Source: Candidatus Magasanikbacteria bacterium RIFOXYC2_FULL_42_28 (GTDB lineage Bacteria > Patescibacteriota > Patescibacteriia > Magasanikbacterales > GWA2-37-8). From it: a stretch of DNA of 64,000 bases. Positions 1 through 8,817 of this stretch are shown piece after piece. The DNA is taken from assembly GCA_001784435.1 (NCBI GenBank), contig MFQZ01000010.1:105960-169959 (forward strand), read 5' to 3'. The first letter of the stretch is position 1. The number at the start of each line of letters is the position of its first letter. The translations under genes were made by a program, and so were the position numbers. The notes below the pieces were generated by a model. It saw only the letters and a list, made by a program, of their open reading frames with translations. It ran no database searches and was not told the origin of the DNA.

Positions 1-578
1 CGCATAGCGCTGGTGAAATAGCGGTAACGGTGGCGCGCGGGTCGGAGATGATTACCAAAAATATTCGTCCTACCATATATCAAGATACCGGCAAAGCGGG
101 GTTTGGCGTGGCTGTGGCCGAAATTGGCACGGTAAAATACAATGTGTTCCAGGCGTTGTATCATGGATTTATAGATACCTTTGTTTATTTGAAAGCGATT
201 GTTGTGGCGTTTTATAATTTAATCGCGGGAATTTTTGCCGGCACGGGCGTGGGCGAAAGTGTTTCTGGTCCGGTCGGGATTGCGGTGATGAGTGGTAAGG
301 CCGCGCGCATGGGCTGGTCGTATTTAATTCAATTCACCGCTTTGCTGTCTTTGAACTTGGCGATATTTAATGTTTTGCCATTTCCAGCGTTAGACGGTGG
401 ACGATTATTATTTTTGGTAATTGGAAAATTAAAAGGCAGTCCGGTTAATCCCAAATGGGAGCAGTTGTCGCATAGTATTGGTTATGGATTATTATTGTTA
501 TTATTTGTGGTCGTTACCGCGCGGGATTTGAGTGGATTAGGGGCGAAGGTGGTGGGTTTGGTGGAGAGGATTTTTTAA
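1..578 (+). CDS. rseP: RseP-like site-2 protease (M50 family), C-terminal part; gene begins upstream of window
   Basis: ORF frame is open to window start; C-terminal motif LNLAIFNVLPFPALDGGRLLF and hydrophobic tail typical of RseP/YaeL. Confidence 0.7.
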   Translation, partial: HSAGEIAVTVARGSEMITKNIRPTIYQDTGKAGFGVAVAEIGTVKYNVFQALYHGFIDTFVYLKAIVVAFYNLIAGIFAGTGVGESVSGPVGIAVMSGKAARMGWSYLIQFTALLSLNLAIFNVLPFPALDGGRLLFLVIGKLKGSPVNPKWEQLSHSIGYGLLLLLFVVVTARDLSGLGAKVVGLVERIF

Positions 579-600
579 GATTTATTTGGTCAATAATATT

Positions 601-915
601 ATGGAGGTAAAATTTTTTGATCAAACACTAGAAAATTTTGTAGATGATTTAGAAAAATCAACCATTGCTAAAGTAGTGCGAGCTATCGAACTGCTGGAAC
701 ACTTTGGATATAAGTTGGGGATGCCGCATAGCAAGAAAATTAGTGTACGTTTATTTGAATTGAGAATCCGAGGCAAACAAGAGGTTAGAATATTTTATAT
801 TTATAAAGATAATGAAATTGTGTTATTGCACGGTTTTGTTAAGAAATCAGATAGAATACCAGAAAAAGAATTAAAATTAGTAAATCAGAAGTTGATGATG
901 GTTGACAAGTTATAA
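601..915 (+). CDS. higB: HigB/Gp49-like RelE/ParE-superfamily toxin
   Basis: Pattern LEHFGYKLGMPHSKKIS..LFELRI..EVRIFYIY..IVLLHGFVKKS matches phage Gp49/HigB-like toxins; ATG at 601 preferred over TTG 586. Confidence 0.7.
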   Translation: MEVKFFDQTLENFVDDLEKSTIAKVVRAIELLEHFGYKLGMPHSKKISVRLFELRIRGKQEVRIFYIYKDNEIVLLHGFVKKSDRIPEKELKLVNQKLMMVDKL

Positions 916-956
916 CATATATGTTATAATGACTATGTAGTAATTTACTTATACTT

Positions 957-1235
957 ATGAAATCATTTAGTCAAATAAAAAATCGTTTATTAAAAAACAA
1001 AGAAATCCGCAAGGCCTACGAAGATTTGGGGCCTGAATTTGAATTGGCGCGCATGTTGATTGAGAGTAGGGCAAAGAAAGGATTAACTCAAACCGCCTTG
1101 GCCAAAAAAGTCGGCACTAAACAATCGGCGATTGCTCGTTTAGAATCAGGCCAATACAATCCCACAGTATTTTTTTTAGGAAAAGTGGCAAAAGCGTTGG
1201 ACACAAATTTATCAATTTCTTTCAGAAGCCGGTAA
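957..1235 (+). CDS. higA: XRE-family HTH antitoxin (HigA-like)
   Basis: HTH motif GLTQTALAKKVGTKQSAIARLESG; directly downstream of HigB-like toxin. Confidence 0.65.
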   Translation: MKSFSQIKNRLLKNKEIRKAYEDLGPEFELARMLIESRAKKGLTQTALAKKVGTKQSAIARLESGQYNPTVFFLGKVAKALDTNLSISFRSR

Positions 1236-1247
1236 TTTCATAAAATT

Positions 1248-2279
1248 ATGTTAGCAGACCTAAAAAAATTAAAAGATGAAGCGCTGACCGCAATAAACGC
1301 GGCCGCGGATGTTTTGAATTTGGAAGAATTGGAAAATAGATTTTTGGGGCGGAAGTCCGGTGAAATTACTAATTTAATGAAAGGGTTGAAAGAATTGGCG
1401 GTAGATGCTAAACGTGAGGCCGGGGCGGTTGCCAATGAGGTCAAAACAGCGGTAGCGGAGGCGTTGGCCACTAAACGCAATGAACTGGCGGGTGTGAGTC
1501 AGTCCGAGGCATTGTCGGCTGAAAAATTGGATATTACCCAATCGTATTTACCACCGGTGGAGCAGGGGCATTATCACCCGAGCACCCTCGTGCAAACTGA
1601 TTTGGAAGATTTGTTTTTGTCCATGGGTTTTGTGGTGTTGGATGGGCCAGAATTGGAAAGTGATTATTATAATTTTACCGCCGTGAATGTTCCACCTGAG
1701 CATCCGGCGCGTGATATGCAAGATACTTTTTATATAAAAAATCATTCGGGCTGGGTGATGCGCACCCACACCTCGCCGGTACAAGTGCGGGCGATGCAAA
1801 AATATGGCGCGCCCCTACGCGGGATTGTGCCGGGAAAATGTTTTCGCAACGAAGCGACCGACGCGCGTCATGAGCACACGTTGTATCAATTGGAGGGAAT
1901 TGTCGTGGACAAAAATATTAATTTTTCACATTTGAAGGGTGTATTGGAAGCGATGGCACGGCATTTGTATGGTGCTAACACGCAGGTCCGTTTGCGACCA
2001 AAATTTTATCCGTTTGTGGAGCCGGGCGTTAATGGCGAAGTTACCTGTTTTTTGTGCGCGGGCCAAGGTTGCCGAGTGTGTAAAAAATCAGGATGGCTCG
2101 AAATTTTAGGCGCCGGTATGATTCACCCGAATGTTTTGCGCGAGGGTGGCATTGACCCCAAAATTTATAGCGGTTTTGCTTTTGGTTGCGGTTTGGATCG
2201 TTTGACAATGTTAAAATATGGCATTGATGAAATTAGGGTTTTAAAAGCCGGGGATTTAAGATTTGTTAATCAATTTTAG
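1248..2279 (+). CDS. pheS: phenylalanine--tRNA ligase alpha subunit
   Basis: FRNEATDARHEHTLYQLEGIVVD and class II aaRS motifs; followed by pheT. Confidence 0.95.
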   Translation: MLADLKKLKDEALTAINAAADVLNLEELENRFLGRKSGEITNLMKGLKELAVDAKREAGAVANEVKTAVAEALATKRNELAGVSQSEALSAEKLDITQSYLPPVEQGHYHPSTLVQTDLEDLFLSMGFVVLDGPELESDYYNFTAVNVPPEHPARDMQDTFYIKNHSGWVMRTHTSPVQVRAMQKYGAPLRGIVPGKCFRNEATDARHEHTLYQLEGIVVDKNINFSHLKGVLEAMARHLYGANTQVRLRPKFYPFVEPGVNGEVTCFLCAGQGCRVCKKSGWLEILGAGMIHPNVLREGGIDPKIYSGFAFGCGLDRLTMLKYGIDEIRVLKAGDLRFVNQF

Positions 2280-2285
2280 CTAATT

Positions 2286-2356
2286 ATTGTCATTGCGAAC
2301 GAAGTGAAGCAATCTAACGTTGGGATTGCCGCGTCGCTACGGCTCCTCGCAATGAC
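2286..2356. repeat. family B palindromic repeat (ttgtcattgcgaRcgaagYgaagcaatc ... tcgcaatgacaa)
   Basis: Inverted-repeat element; related copies at 14922-15009, 22973-23002, 31028-31056. Confidence 0.7.
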
Positions 2357-2369
2357 AAATAAAAAAACT

Positions 2370-4826
2370 ATGTTAATTTCCTATAATTGGCTCAAAGAGC
2401 ATTGTGATTTACCGGCCGGGTTAACTCCGGCGGAATTAGGCGATAAATTTAAATTGGCAGTGGTTGAAGTTGAAAAAATTGTGAGCGAAGGTGAGAATTT
2501 GGAAAATATTGTCGTGGGCAAAGTGGTGTCGGCTGAGAAACACCCCAATGCTGATAAATTAAAAGTTTGTAAAGTTGATGCCGGTGGTGAATTGGTTCAG
2601 GTAGTGTGTGGTGGATCCAATGTTGCCGAAGGAATGCTCGTGGCGTTTGCGCCGATCGGTGCGAAAGTGCGCTGGCATGGGGAAGGGGATTTGGTGGAAT
2701 TAACCGAAGCGACTATTCGGGGCGAAAAATCATATGGCATGATTTGCGCTTCTACTGAAATTGGTTTGGGCGAAAAATTCCCGCTGAAAGACGAAAAAGA
2801 AATTTTAGATTTGACTTTTTTGAAATTAAAAGTGGGAACGCATTTGAAAACTGCTCTGAAATTAAACGACGCAGTTTTAGAAATTGACAACAAGTCGCTT
2901 TCGCACCGTCCGGATTTATGGGGGCACTTGGGTTTGGCGCGCGAGGCGGCCGCTTTGTTTAGTCGTCAATTGAAAGAATTGAAATTAGGGAAAATTAAGC
3001 CGGGCAAAAGTGTTTCTCTGTCGGTAAAAGTGGAAGATACTAAATTGTGTCCGCGTTATTTGGCGGTTGCGCTCGCCGGTATAAAAGTAGCGCCGTCGCC
3101 TGATTGGCTGCAGAGCCGATTGTTGACGGTGGGAATTAACCCCATCAATAATATCGTGGATATTACCAATTATGTCATGTTGGATTTGGGGCAACCGATG
3201 CACGCCTTTGACGCTTCGCGTATTGCTGTCATCCCAACGAAAGTCGGGATCTCTGTCCGTCTTGCAAAATCCGGTGAAACCATCGTCGCTTTAGACAAAA
3301 AAGAATACAAATTAACTGAAAATGATTTGGTAATCGCCACTGCCGAGCGTCCGATTGCTATTGCCGGCGTGATGGGCGCTTTGAATAGCGGAGTAACCGA
3401 CGCGACGGAAACTATTATTTTTGAATCAGCTAATTTTAATCCGGTGAGTGTGCGTAAGACCTCCACGCGTTTAAATTTGCGTTCGGACAGCGCGCAACGG
3501 TTTGAAAAATCCTTGGATCCTAATTTGTGCGAAATCGCGTTGCAAAAAGCCGTGGCCATGACTTTGGAAATTTGTCCGGGCGCGTCGGTAGCGAGCAAGG
3601 TTATTGATGAAAAACATTTTTCTCTATTCACCGGACCGCTCTTAATGCCGAAAAATATTTTTGAAAAAAAATTAGGCGTGGTTATTCCGCCCAAAAGAAT
3701 TAAAGAAATTTTAGAAAAATTGGGGTTTGTCGTTACTGAAAAAAAAGACGAATTGTCAGTCAAAATTCCCACTTGGCGCGCGACCAAAGATATTGCCATT
3801 GCCGAAGATATTGTGGAAGAAGTGGGGCGGATTTACGGTTTTAGCAATATTCCCGGCACGTTACCAACATTCCCGATTACTCCGGCTAGTTTAACACCGG
3901 TGCAAAAATTACAGCGCACGGTAAAAGATGTTTTGGTGCGCGAGTTGGGTTATTCGGAAATGTATAATTATTCGTTCGTGAGTGCGGAGCAAATTGTTCG
4001 TTCCGGAGATAACGTGGCAAACTATTTAGAGCTGGACAATCCGATTTCCAAAGAGAAACCATTTTTGCGGAGAAATCTGCTTTTAAATTTAATGGAAAAT
4101 CTTGAAAGAAATATCAATTCGGCTGAAGTAATAAAATTATTTGAAATTGGCAAAATATTTCAACCTGAAGAAGCCGGGCCACGCGCAGACAGCAACGGTG
4201 ATGAATTATTGCCCCGTCAAGATACCTGGTTGGGCGCAGTTAACGTAGAAAAAAAGAATGACACTCCTTTTTGGGAAGCGCGACGAGTCGCCGAGATTAT
4301 CACTCGCGAGCTTGGTGTTACAGTCAAATTTGTGCCAGGAGAAACTCTTTCGATGGCGCCTTATCAACATCCGGGGCGGACTGCTTGGATTTATGCCGGC
4401 GATAGTTTAGTCGGACGAGTGTGGGAGCTGCATCCGAAAGTTGCCGCTAATTTTAATTTTCCTTACCGGGTGGGTGTGTGTGGTTTTAACCTAAATATTT
4501 TGGCCGATAAACAGAGGGAGGCCCGCATTTTTAAACCGTTGTCACTGTATCCAGAAGTAAAACGCGATGTTGCTTTTGTCGTGTATACAAAAATTGTTCA
4601 TGTGGAAGTTGAGAAAGCGCTTGCTGGAATTGATCCGCTTGTGAAAGGCGTAGAATTGTTTGATGTATATACTGGCAAGAATTTGGGCGCAGGCAAAAAA
4701 AGTATGGCCTATCGTTTAACACTTTTAAATTCCGAGCGGACTTTGGAGTCCAAAGAAGTGGATGTGGTGATGGATAAGGCGACAAAAATGTTAGTTGAAA
4801 ATTTTGGGGCGGAGATGCGGGGGTAA
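2370..4826 (+). CDS. pheT: phenylalanine--tRNA ligase beta subunit
   Basis: Starts MLISYNWLKEHCDL; B3/B4, tRNA-binding and FDX-ACB-like regions; upstream ORF extension to 2304 is encoded by a repeat and rejected. Confidence 0.9.
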   Translation: MLISYNWLKEHCDLPAGLTPAELGDKFKLAVVEVEKIVSEGENLENIVVGKVVSAEKHPNADKLKVCKVDAGGELVQVVCGGSNVAEGMLVAFAPIGAKVRWHGEGDLVELTEATIRGEKSYGMICASTEIGLGEKFPLKDEKEILDLTFLKLKVGTHLKTALKLNDAVLEIDNKSLSHRPDLWGHLGLAREAAALFSRQLKELKLGKIKPGKSVSLSVKVEDTKLCPRYLAVALAGIKVAPSPDWLQSRLLTVGINPINNIVDITNYVMLDLGQPMHAFDASRIAVIPTKVGISVRLAKSGETIVALDKKEYKLTENDLVIATAERPIAIAGVMGALNSGVTDATETIIFESANFNPVSVRKTSTRLNLRSDSAQRFEKSLDPNLCEIALQKAVAMTLEICPGASVASKVIDEKHFSLFTGPLLMPKNIFEKKLGVVIPPKRIKEILEKLGFVVTEKKDELSVKIPTWRATKDIAIAEDIVEEVGRIYGFSNIPGTLPTFPITPASLTPVQKLQRTVKDVLVRELGYSEMYNYSFVSAEQIVRSGDNVANYLELDNPISKEKPFLRRNLLLNLMENLERNINSAEVIKLFEIGKIFQPEEAGPRADSNGDELLPRQDTWLGAVNVEKKNDTPFWEARRVAEIITRELGVTVKFVPGETLSMAPYQHPGRTAWIYAGDSLVGRVWELHPKVAANFNFPYRVGVCGFNLNILADKQREARIFKPLSLYPEVKRDVAFVVYTKIVHVEVEKALAGIDPLVKGVELFDVYTGKNLGAGKKSMAYRLTLLNSERTLESKEVDVVMDKATKMLVENFGAEMRG
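3227..3261. repeat. family A repeat (tgtcatcccaacgaaagtcgggatctctgtccgtc) in frame inside pheT
   Basis: Matches intergenic copies at 27772, 30744, 15337; encodes VIPTKVGISVRL within the PheT B3/B4 region. Confidence 0.7.
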
Positions 4827-4830
4827 TTGT

Positions 4831-4868
4831 TTGTCATTCCGACCGAGTGTAGCGAGCGGAGGAATCCC
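4831..4868. repeat. family A-like repeat (ttgtcattccgaccgagtgtagcgagcggaggaatccc)
   Basis: Sequence similarity to the other tgtcatYccga...ggaatc copies. Confidence 0.6.
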
Positions 4869-4889
4869 TTAGTATTTAATAATTTGTGT

Positions 4890-5585
4890 ATGGTCAAGCC
4901 GTTGGGTTTTAATGTTACAAAAGAAGTATTAAATTTGGGCGTAAAAGTTATTACAGCTCGAATTATCGGAGTAAATAATTCTGAAATTAATCAAGATTTT
5001 GAAATTTATAAGAATGAAGAATTAGAGAATATAAAGAAGAAATTAACTGGTAAAAATTACAAAGATGATCCGATATTACAAGGTTTTCGGGATCTTCATA
5101 CTAAAGTTGGCAGAAGCAACCGTGATTATGTCGCCTCGCCAGAGGGATTACGACGTTTATTTTTGGAGCGATCGCGATTTCCACACATTAATACTGTTGT
5201 TGATATATATAATTTAGTTTCATTAAAAAGTGGGTTAGCATTAGGGGCGCATGATGTTGATAAAATACAAGGCAATGTAAAACTTTGCCTTACCAAAGGG
5301 GATGAAATTTTTATTCCACTCGGCGCGGACAATCAAGTTGCTGTTTTTCCGGGTGAGTATTGTTATGTTGACGATGGCAACAATGTTATTTGTCGGCTCG
5401 AGGTTCTCCAAGTGGAACCAACAAAAATTACGACCAGCGCCCAAGATATATTTATCATTGTTGAGGGTAATGCTAATACGTCGTTTGAATATGTAGCGGA
5501 AATGGCCAAAGAGGTGTGTACTCTGATAAAACGCTACTGTGGTGGCGATGTTTCTTTTTTTCCACAGGCCGCTATTGACACGTGA
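4890..5585 (+). CDS. stand-alone B3/B4 tRNA-binding domain protein
   Basis: VVDIYNLVSLKSGLALGAHDVDKIQG resembles the PheT B3/B4 motif (NNIVDITNYVMLDLGQPMHAFD in the pheT here); start moved to ATG 4890 downstream of the repeat. Confidence 0.55.
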   Translation: MVKPLGFNVTKEVLNLGVKVITARIIGVNNSEINQDFEIYKNEELENIKKKLTGKNYKDDPILQGFRDLHTKVGRSNRDYVASPEGLRRLFLERSRFPHINTVVDIYNLVSLKSGLALGAHDVDKIQGNVKLCLTKGDEIFIPLGADNQVAVFPGEYCYVDDGNNVICRLEVLQVEPTKITTSAQDIFIIVEGNANTSFEYVAEMAKEVCTLIKRYCGGDVSFFPQAAIDT

Positions 5586-5625
5586 TGTAATCAGTGATAT
5601 TCTATCAGTAGTTCATTATCATAAA

Positions 5626-5785
5626 CTATTTATCAAGAAGAGACGAGGGAATTGGCCCGTTGACTCTCTACCAACCTAACTTCGGTTAAGGTGGTAATTC
5701 CAAACCCATTAGGGGAAAGATATGTCTTCCGGCACTGCCGGAAGAAAATTAGATTTCTTATCCTTGGGTAAGATTTTTTTTATTG
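5626..5785 (+). promoter_or_regulatory. SAM-I (S-box) riboswitch aptamer plus hairpin/T8 terminator
   Basis: TTATCAAGAAGAGACGAGGGAATTGGCCCG...CAACC...GGTGGTAATTCC...GAAAGATA matches the SAM-I consensus (UUAUCAAGAGNGG.GGAGGGA.UGGCCC...GCAACC...GGUGCUAAUUCC); followed by hairpins and TTTTTTTT at 5774-5781. Confidence 0.65.
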
Positions 5786-5883
5786 TTCTTTAAAATGGTT
5801 GTTGACAGCCACTCGCGCCTTACCCATGGTGGGTTGGGCGCGATCGCTGTTGGCAACTTACACTTTAAGAGGAGAGTTTGAAC

Positions 5884-6681
5884 ATGGGGTTTCCGATTTG
5901 TATCGTGAGCGACTGTGGCGGTCAGGCCATGGAGCGTATGGTTTTGCGCTTCGCAACTCTTTTTCCCGGTGCTACGATTGCGAGGATTTTGTCATCCTCC
6001 GCGGTCGAGGCCTCCGGCAACATCGTTGATGCGGTAGATGCGATGTCTGGTGGTCCTGGAATCGTGGTGTGCAATTCGGCACCTCGCAAGGATCATCGCG
6101 GGACCAACGGTAGCGCGATCGTTTTTGGCAAGATCGCCCAGGTTGGTATCGTCGTGACCGCCGGGACGCTTGGCCTGGTCAAGAAGATGTTTCCGGGTCT
6201 CTCTGTCGCGGAGGTTGATGCCGATAGTTTCATGGTGAACACCTACCCTGAGGTCGGTCGCGGCACTTTCAACTTTCGTGGTTTGGAGGTGATTCCACGC
6301 CTGGCGCACCAGATCGTTGCTGGTCGTGATCTGAGCCACTTGAGCGTGGAGCACAACCACTTCCCGGCGGTGGAAGATGGTGTCTGGCTGATTGACCAGA
6401 TCGCGGGTGTGCCCACCAACTTGAAGCTCACTGTGCGGAGGAGCGATCTGCTCGGTTTTCAAGTCGGCGCGGTGGCGTCTGTCTCAATCGCTGGCCAGAC
6501 GTACCAGATCGGATGCTATAATCGGCTGACGCAGATCCCCGCCGGCGAGCTCGGCATCTATGAAGGTAGCTCTGGCTTTGGCCACGAGCGGTTCCTCGAG
6601 ATTGCCGTCATGGGTGGTTCTGCCGCCCAACAGCTCCACGTCAACGATTCCGGCACGTCCGTGTCGATCTCCATCCTCTGA
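5884..6681 (+). CDS. SAM hydroxide adenosyltransferase family protein (DUF62; fluorinase/chlorinase-like SAM hydrolase)
   Basis: C-terminal signature GIYEGSSGF..FLEIAVMGGSAAQQLHVNDSGTSV matches the DUF62 ..GS.G.LEIAVN.GSAAE.L.V..GD.V motif; N-terminal ICIVSDCGG resembles I.L.TDFG; RBS AAGAGGAGAG before ATG 5884; gene is about 58% GC against a 40% background. Confidence 0.7.
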   Translation: MGFPICIVSDCGGQAMERMVLRFATLFPGATIARILSSSAVEASGNIVDAVDAMSGGPGIVVCNSAPRKDHRGTNGSAIVFGKIAQVGIVVTAGTLGLVKKMFPGLSVAEVDADSFMVNTYPEVGRGTFNFRGLEVIPRLAHQIVAGRDLSHLSVEHNHFPAVEDGVWLIDQIAGVPTNLKLTVRRSDLLGFQVGAVASVSIAGQTYQIGCYNRLTQIPAGELGIYEGSSGFGHERFLEIAVMGGSAAQQLHVNDSGTSVSISIL

Positions 6682-6848
6682 AGTTCTGCCTCGTCGGTCG
6701 GCGAATAGACCGGCAAAGTGCGCCACACACTTTCTAAAGTGGCATCTCAACTTGTGCACAAACGAGGCGAAAAATCGATCATAACTTGATTGATTTTTTG
6801 TTTAAAAATAAATATCCCCAGCTTGACGTTCGCCACCACTTGATTTTT

Positions 6849-6858
6849 GTGGTATAAT
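6849..6858 (+). promoter_or_regulatory. possible extended -10 promoter (TGgTATAAT)
   Basis: tgtggtataat about 100 nt upstream of ORF 6959; followed by 5'UTR hairpin atgctgaa..ttcagcat and RBS AAAGGAGGA. Confidence 0.3.
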
Positions 6859-6958
6859 ACTCACATGTCATGCTGAACTTGTTTCAGCATCTCTCGGTAT
6901 CACAAGGGATCCTGAAATAAATTTAGGATGACAACTAATTTTTAAAGGAGGAAAAAAT

Positions 6959-7345
6959 ATGTTAGAAACATCCAAAGACATTTTGTATCTCGTGATTTCT
7001 TTTTGCGTTTTGTGGACAACCGTATTTTTGTGCTGGGTATTTTATTATGTCATGCGTCTACTGCGCAACACCAACCAAATCGTAGAAGAATTTCGTGTGC
7101 GTCTGCAGGCGTTAACCGAAGCGATAAATTATATCCGCGGTAAAGTAGAGCACATGTCCGGACTAATGACTTTAATTACCGACGGCGCGGCAGGACTGGC
7201 CAAAAAATTTGTGGCGCGCAAAGCCGGGGAGTGGGGTCAAGCGGGCGCGGATAAATTTGACGAAGCAGCCAAAGACGCGGTTAGTAAAGCGGTGGCGGCG
7301 ACAGCCAAGGGGATGCGCGGGGCGGTGAAGAAGATGAAAAGGTAA
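6959..7345 (+). CDS. small membrane protein (N-terminal TM helix, Ala/Lys-rich amphipathic C-terminus), function unknown
   Basis: Strong RBS AAAGGAGGAAAAAATATG; hydrophobic segment ILYLVISFCVLWTTVFLCWVFYYV. Confidence 0.5.
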   Translation: MLETSKDILYLVISFCVLWTTVFLCWVFYYVMRLLRNTNQIVEEFRVRLQALTEAINYIRGKVEHMSGLMTLITDGAAGLAKKFVARKAGEWGQAGADKFDEAAKDAVSKAVAATAKGMRGAVKKMKR

Positions 7346-7346
7346 T

Positions 7347-7451
7347 TTCAAAATTCCAATATCCAATTTCCAATCAAATCCAAATGTCCAACCGTTTTGA
7401 TATTTTAATTTTGACATTGATTTGACATTGGAAATTGGATATTTGATATTT
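7347..7451. repeat. family D AT-rich palindromic element (ccaatatccaatttccaatcaaatccaaa ... tttgacattggaaattggatattt)
   Basis: Imperfect inverted repeat; related copies at 39326-39440, 53787-53852, 55826-55925. Confidence 0.7.
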
Positions 7452-7456
7452 ATATA

Positions 7457-7480
7457 AGCCCAAATAAGGGCTTTTTTGTT
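7457..7480 (+). terminator. rho-independent terminator (agcccaaataagggc + T-run)
   Basis: GC hairpin followed by TTTTTTGTTTT. Confidence 0.55.
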
Positions 7481-7530
7481 TTAAAAATTTATTTGCCAAG
7501 TCAGGTAATTTAGGTTAAAATAGAGCCGTT

Positions 7531-8814
7531 ATGTTAATCGCCGATCTCCACATCCACTCTCGCTATTCCCGCGCCTGCTCGCCGGAATTGAATTTGGCTA
7601 ATATTGCTAAATGGTGCCAAATTAAGGGGATAAATTTGGTGTCTACCGGGGATTTTACCCACCCGGCTTGGATTGAAGAAATTAAGCGGGATTTGGAGGA
7701 AGTTGGGAATGGGTTTTTAAAGTTGAAACTCCCACCCCCTCCTACCTCCCCCTCGGGCAGGGGGAGGAACGATGACGTTCGATTTATCCTCGGCACCGAA
7801 GTATCTTGTATTTATTCCCAAGGTGGCAAAACCCGCCGCGTGCATTTACTTTTATTTTTTCCAAAAATTTCGGACGTGGAAAAATTTAATTCGGCACTCA
7901 CGAAAGAAGGTTGTAATATCCGCGCGGACGGTCGGCCAATTTTAGGACTTACAGCCAAAGAGGTTTTGCAAATAATGAAAGATATCAATCCAAAATCCGT
8001 GCTGATTCCGGCGCACGCTTGGACGCCGTGGTTCGCGGTGTTTGGTTCCAAATCCGGCTATGACAGTTTGGAAGAATGTTTTGAAGAGCTAACGCCGGAA
8101 ATTTTTGCGATTGAAACTGGCTTGTCCAGCGACCCGCCAATGAATTGGCGTCTGTCGGCTTTGGACAAAATTACTTTAATTTCCAATTCGGACGCACACA
8201 GTTTGCCAAATTTGGGGCGCGAGGCCAATATGTTTAATTTGGATATTGCCAAAACAAATTACGATGAATTTTTTGGAGCGATTAAAAACAAAGACAGCGA
8301 ACTATTTTTAAAAACGATTGAATTTTATCCGGAAGAGGGGATGTACCATGTGGATGGCCACCGCGCTTGCGATTTTAGTTGTACGCCAACGCAAACTAAA
8401 AAATTGGGCGGATTATGTCCCAAATGTAAAAAATCTTTGACCGTCGGTGTATTATCGCAAGTGGAAAAATTGGCCGATCGGCCGGAAGGGTATCGTCCGC
8501 CGGACGCGATTCCGTATGTGAGTTTGGTGGAATTAGATAAAATTATCGCACAAGCATTGGGGGTGAAAAGCCGTAAAAGCGTTAAGGTGCAGGCCGAATA
8601 TGAAAAATTAATAAAATACCACAACGAGTTTGAAATTTTATTGGATTTGTCGTATGATGAGCTCGCAAAAATTACCACGCCAATTATCGTAGAAGGAATA
8701 AAACGCGTGCGCGAAGGCAAACTAAAAATCACGCCCGGGTTTGACGGCGAGTATGGTCGGGTGGAAATTTTTACTGATGACGAGAGAAAGGAATTCCAGG
8801 GTAAATTATTTTAA
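7531..8814 (+). CDS. PHP-domain protein with Cys4 zinc ribbon, EndoQ-like
   Basis: N-terminal PHP motif MLIADLHIHSRYSRA, HAWTP, Cys cluster C..C...CPKC, C-terminal GFDGEYG; architecture resembles endonuclease Q; family C repeat inserted in frame (PPPPTSPSGRGRNDD). Confidence 0.5.
   Translation: MLIADLHIHSRYSRACSPELNLANIAKWCQIKGINLVSTGDFTHPAWIEEIKRDLEEVGNGFLKLKLPPPPTSPSGRGRNDDVRFILGTEVSCIYSQGGKTRRVHLLLFFPKISDVEKFNSALTKEGCNIRADGRPILGLTAKEVLQIMKDINPKSVLIPAHAWTPWFAVFGSKSGYDSLEECFEELTPEIFAIETGLSSDPPMNWRLSALDKITLISNSDAHSLPNLGREANMFNLDIAKTNYDEFFGAIKNKDSELFLKTIEFYPEEGMYHVDGHRACDFSCTPTQTKKLGGLCPKCKKSLTVGVLSQVEKLADRPEGYRPPDAIPYVSLVELDKIIAQALGVKSRKSVKVQAEYEKLIKYHNEFEILLDLSYDELAKITTPIIVEGIKRVREGKLKITPGFDGEYGRVEIFTDDERKEFQGKLF
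7730..7770. repeat. family C GC-rich palindromic repeat (reverse orientation) inside PHP gene
   Basis: cccaccccctcctacctccccctcgggcagggggagg is the reverse complement of the copies at 31131, 44666, 59581. Confidence 0.7.
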
Positions 8815-8817
8815 ATT

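Noticed and set aside
2304-2369. N-terminal extension of pheT (MKQSNVGIAASLRLLAMTNKKT)
   Set aside because: It is encoded by the family B palindromic repeat. The canonical PheT start MLISYNWLKEH begins at 2370.
3170-3799. 209 aa ORF on the - strand
   Set aside because: It lies entirely inside pheT on the opposite strand and has no motif. It is a shadow ORF.
5992-6759. Several - strand ORFs (156, 62 and 91 aa) and a + ORF at 5799-6029
   Set aside because: They fall within the GC-rich DUF62 gene region. High GC suppresses stop codons and gives spurious antisense and overlapping ORFs.
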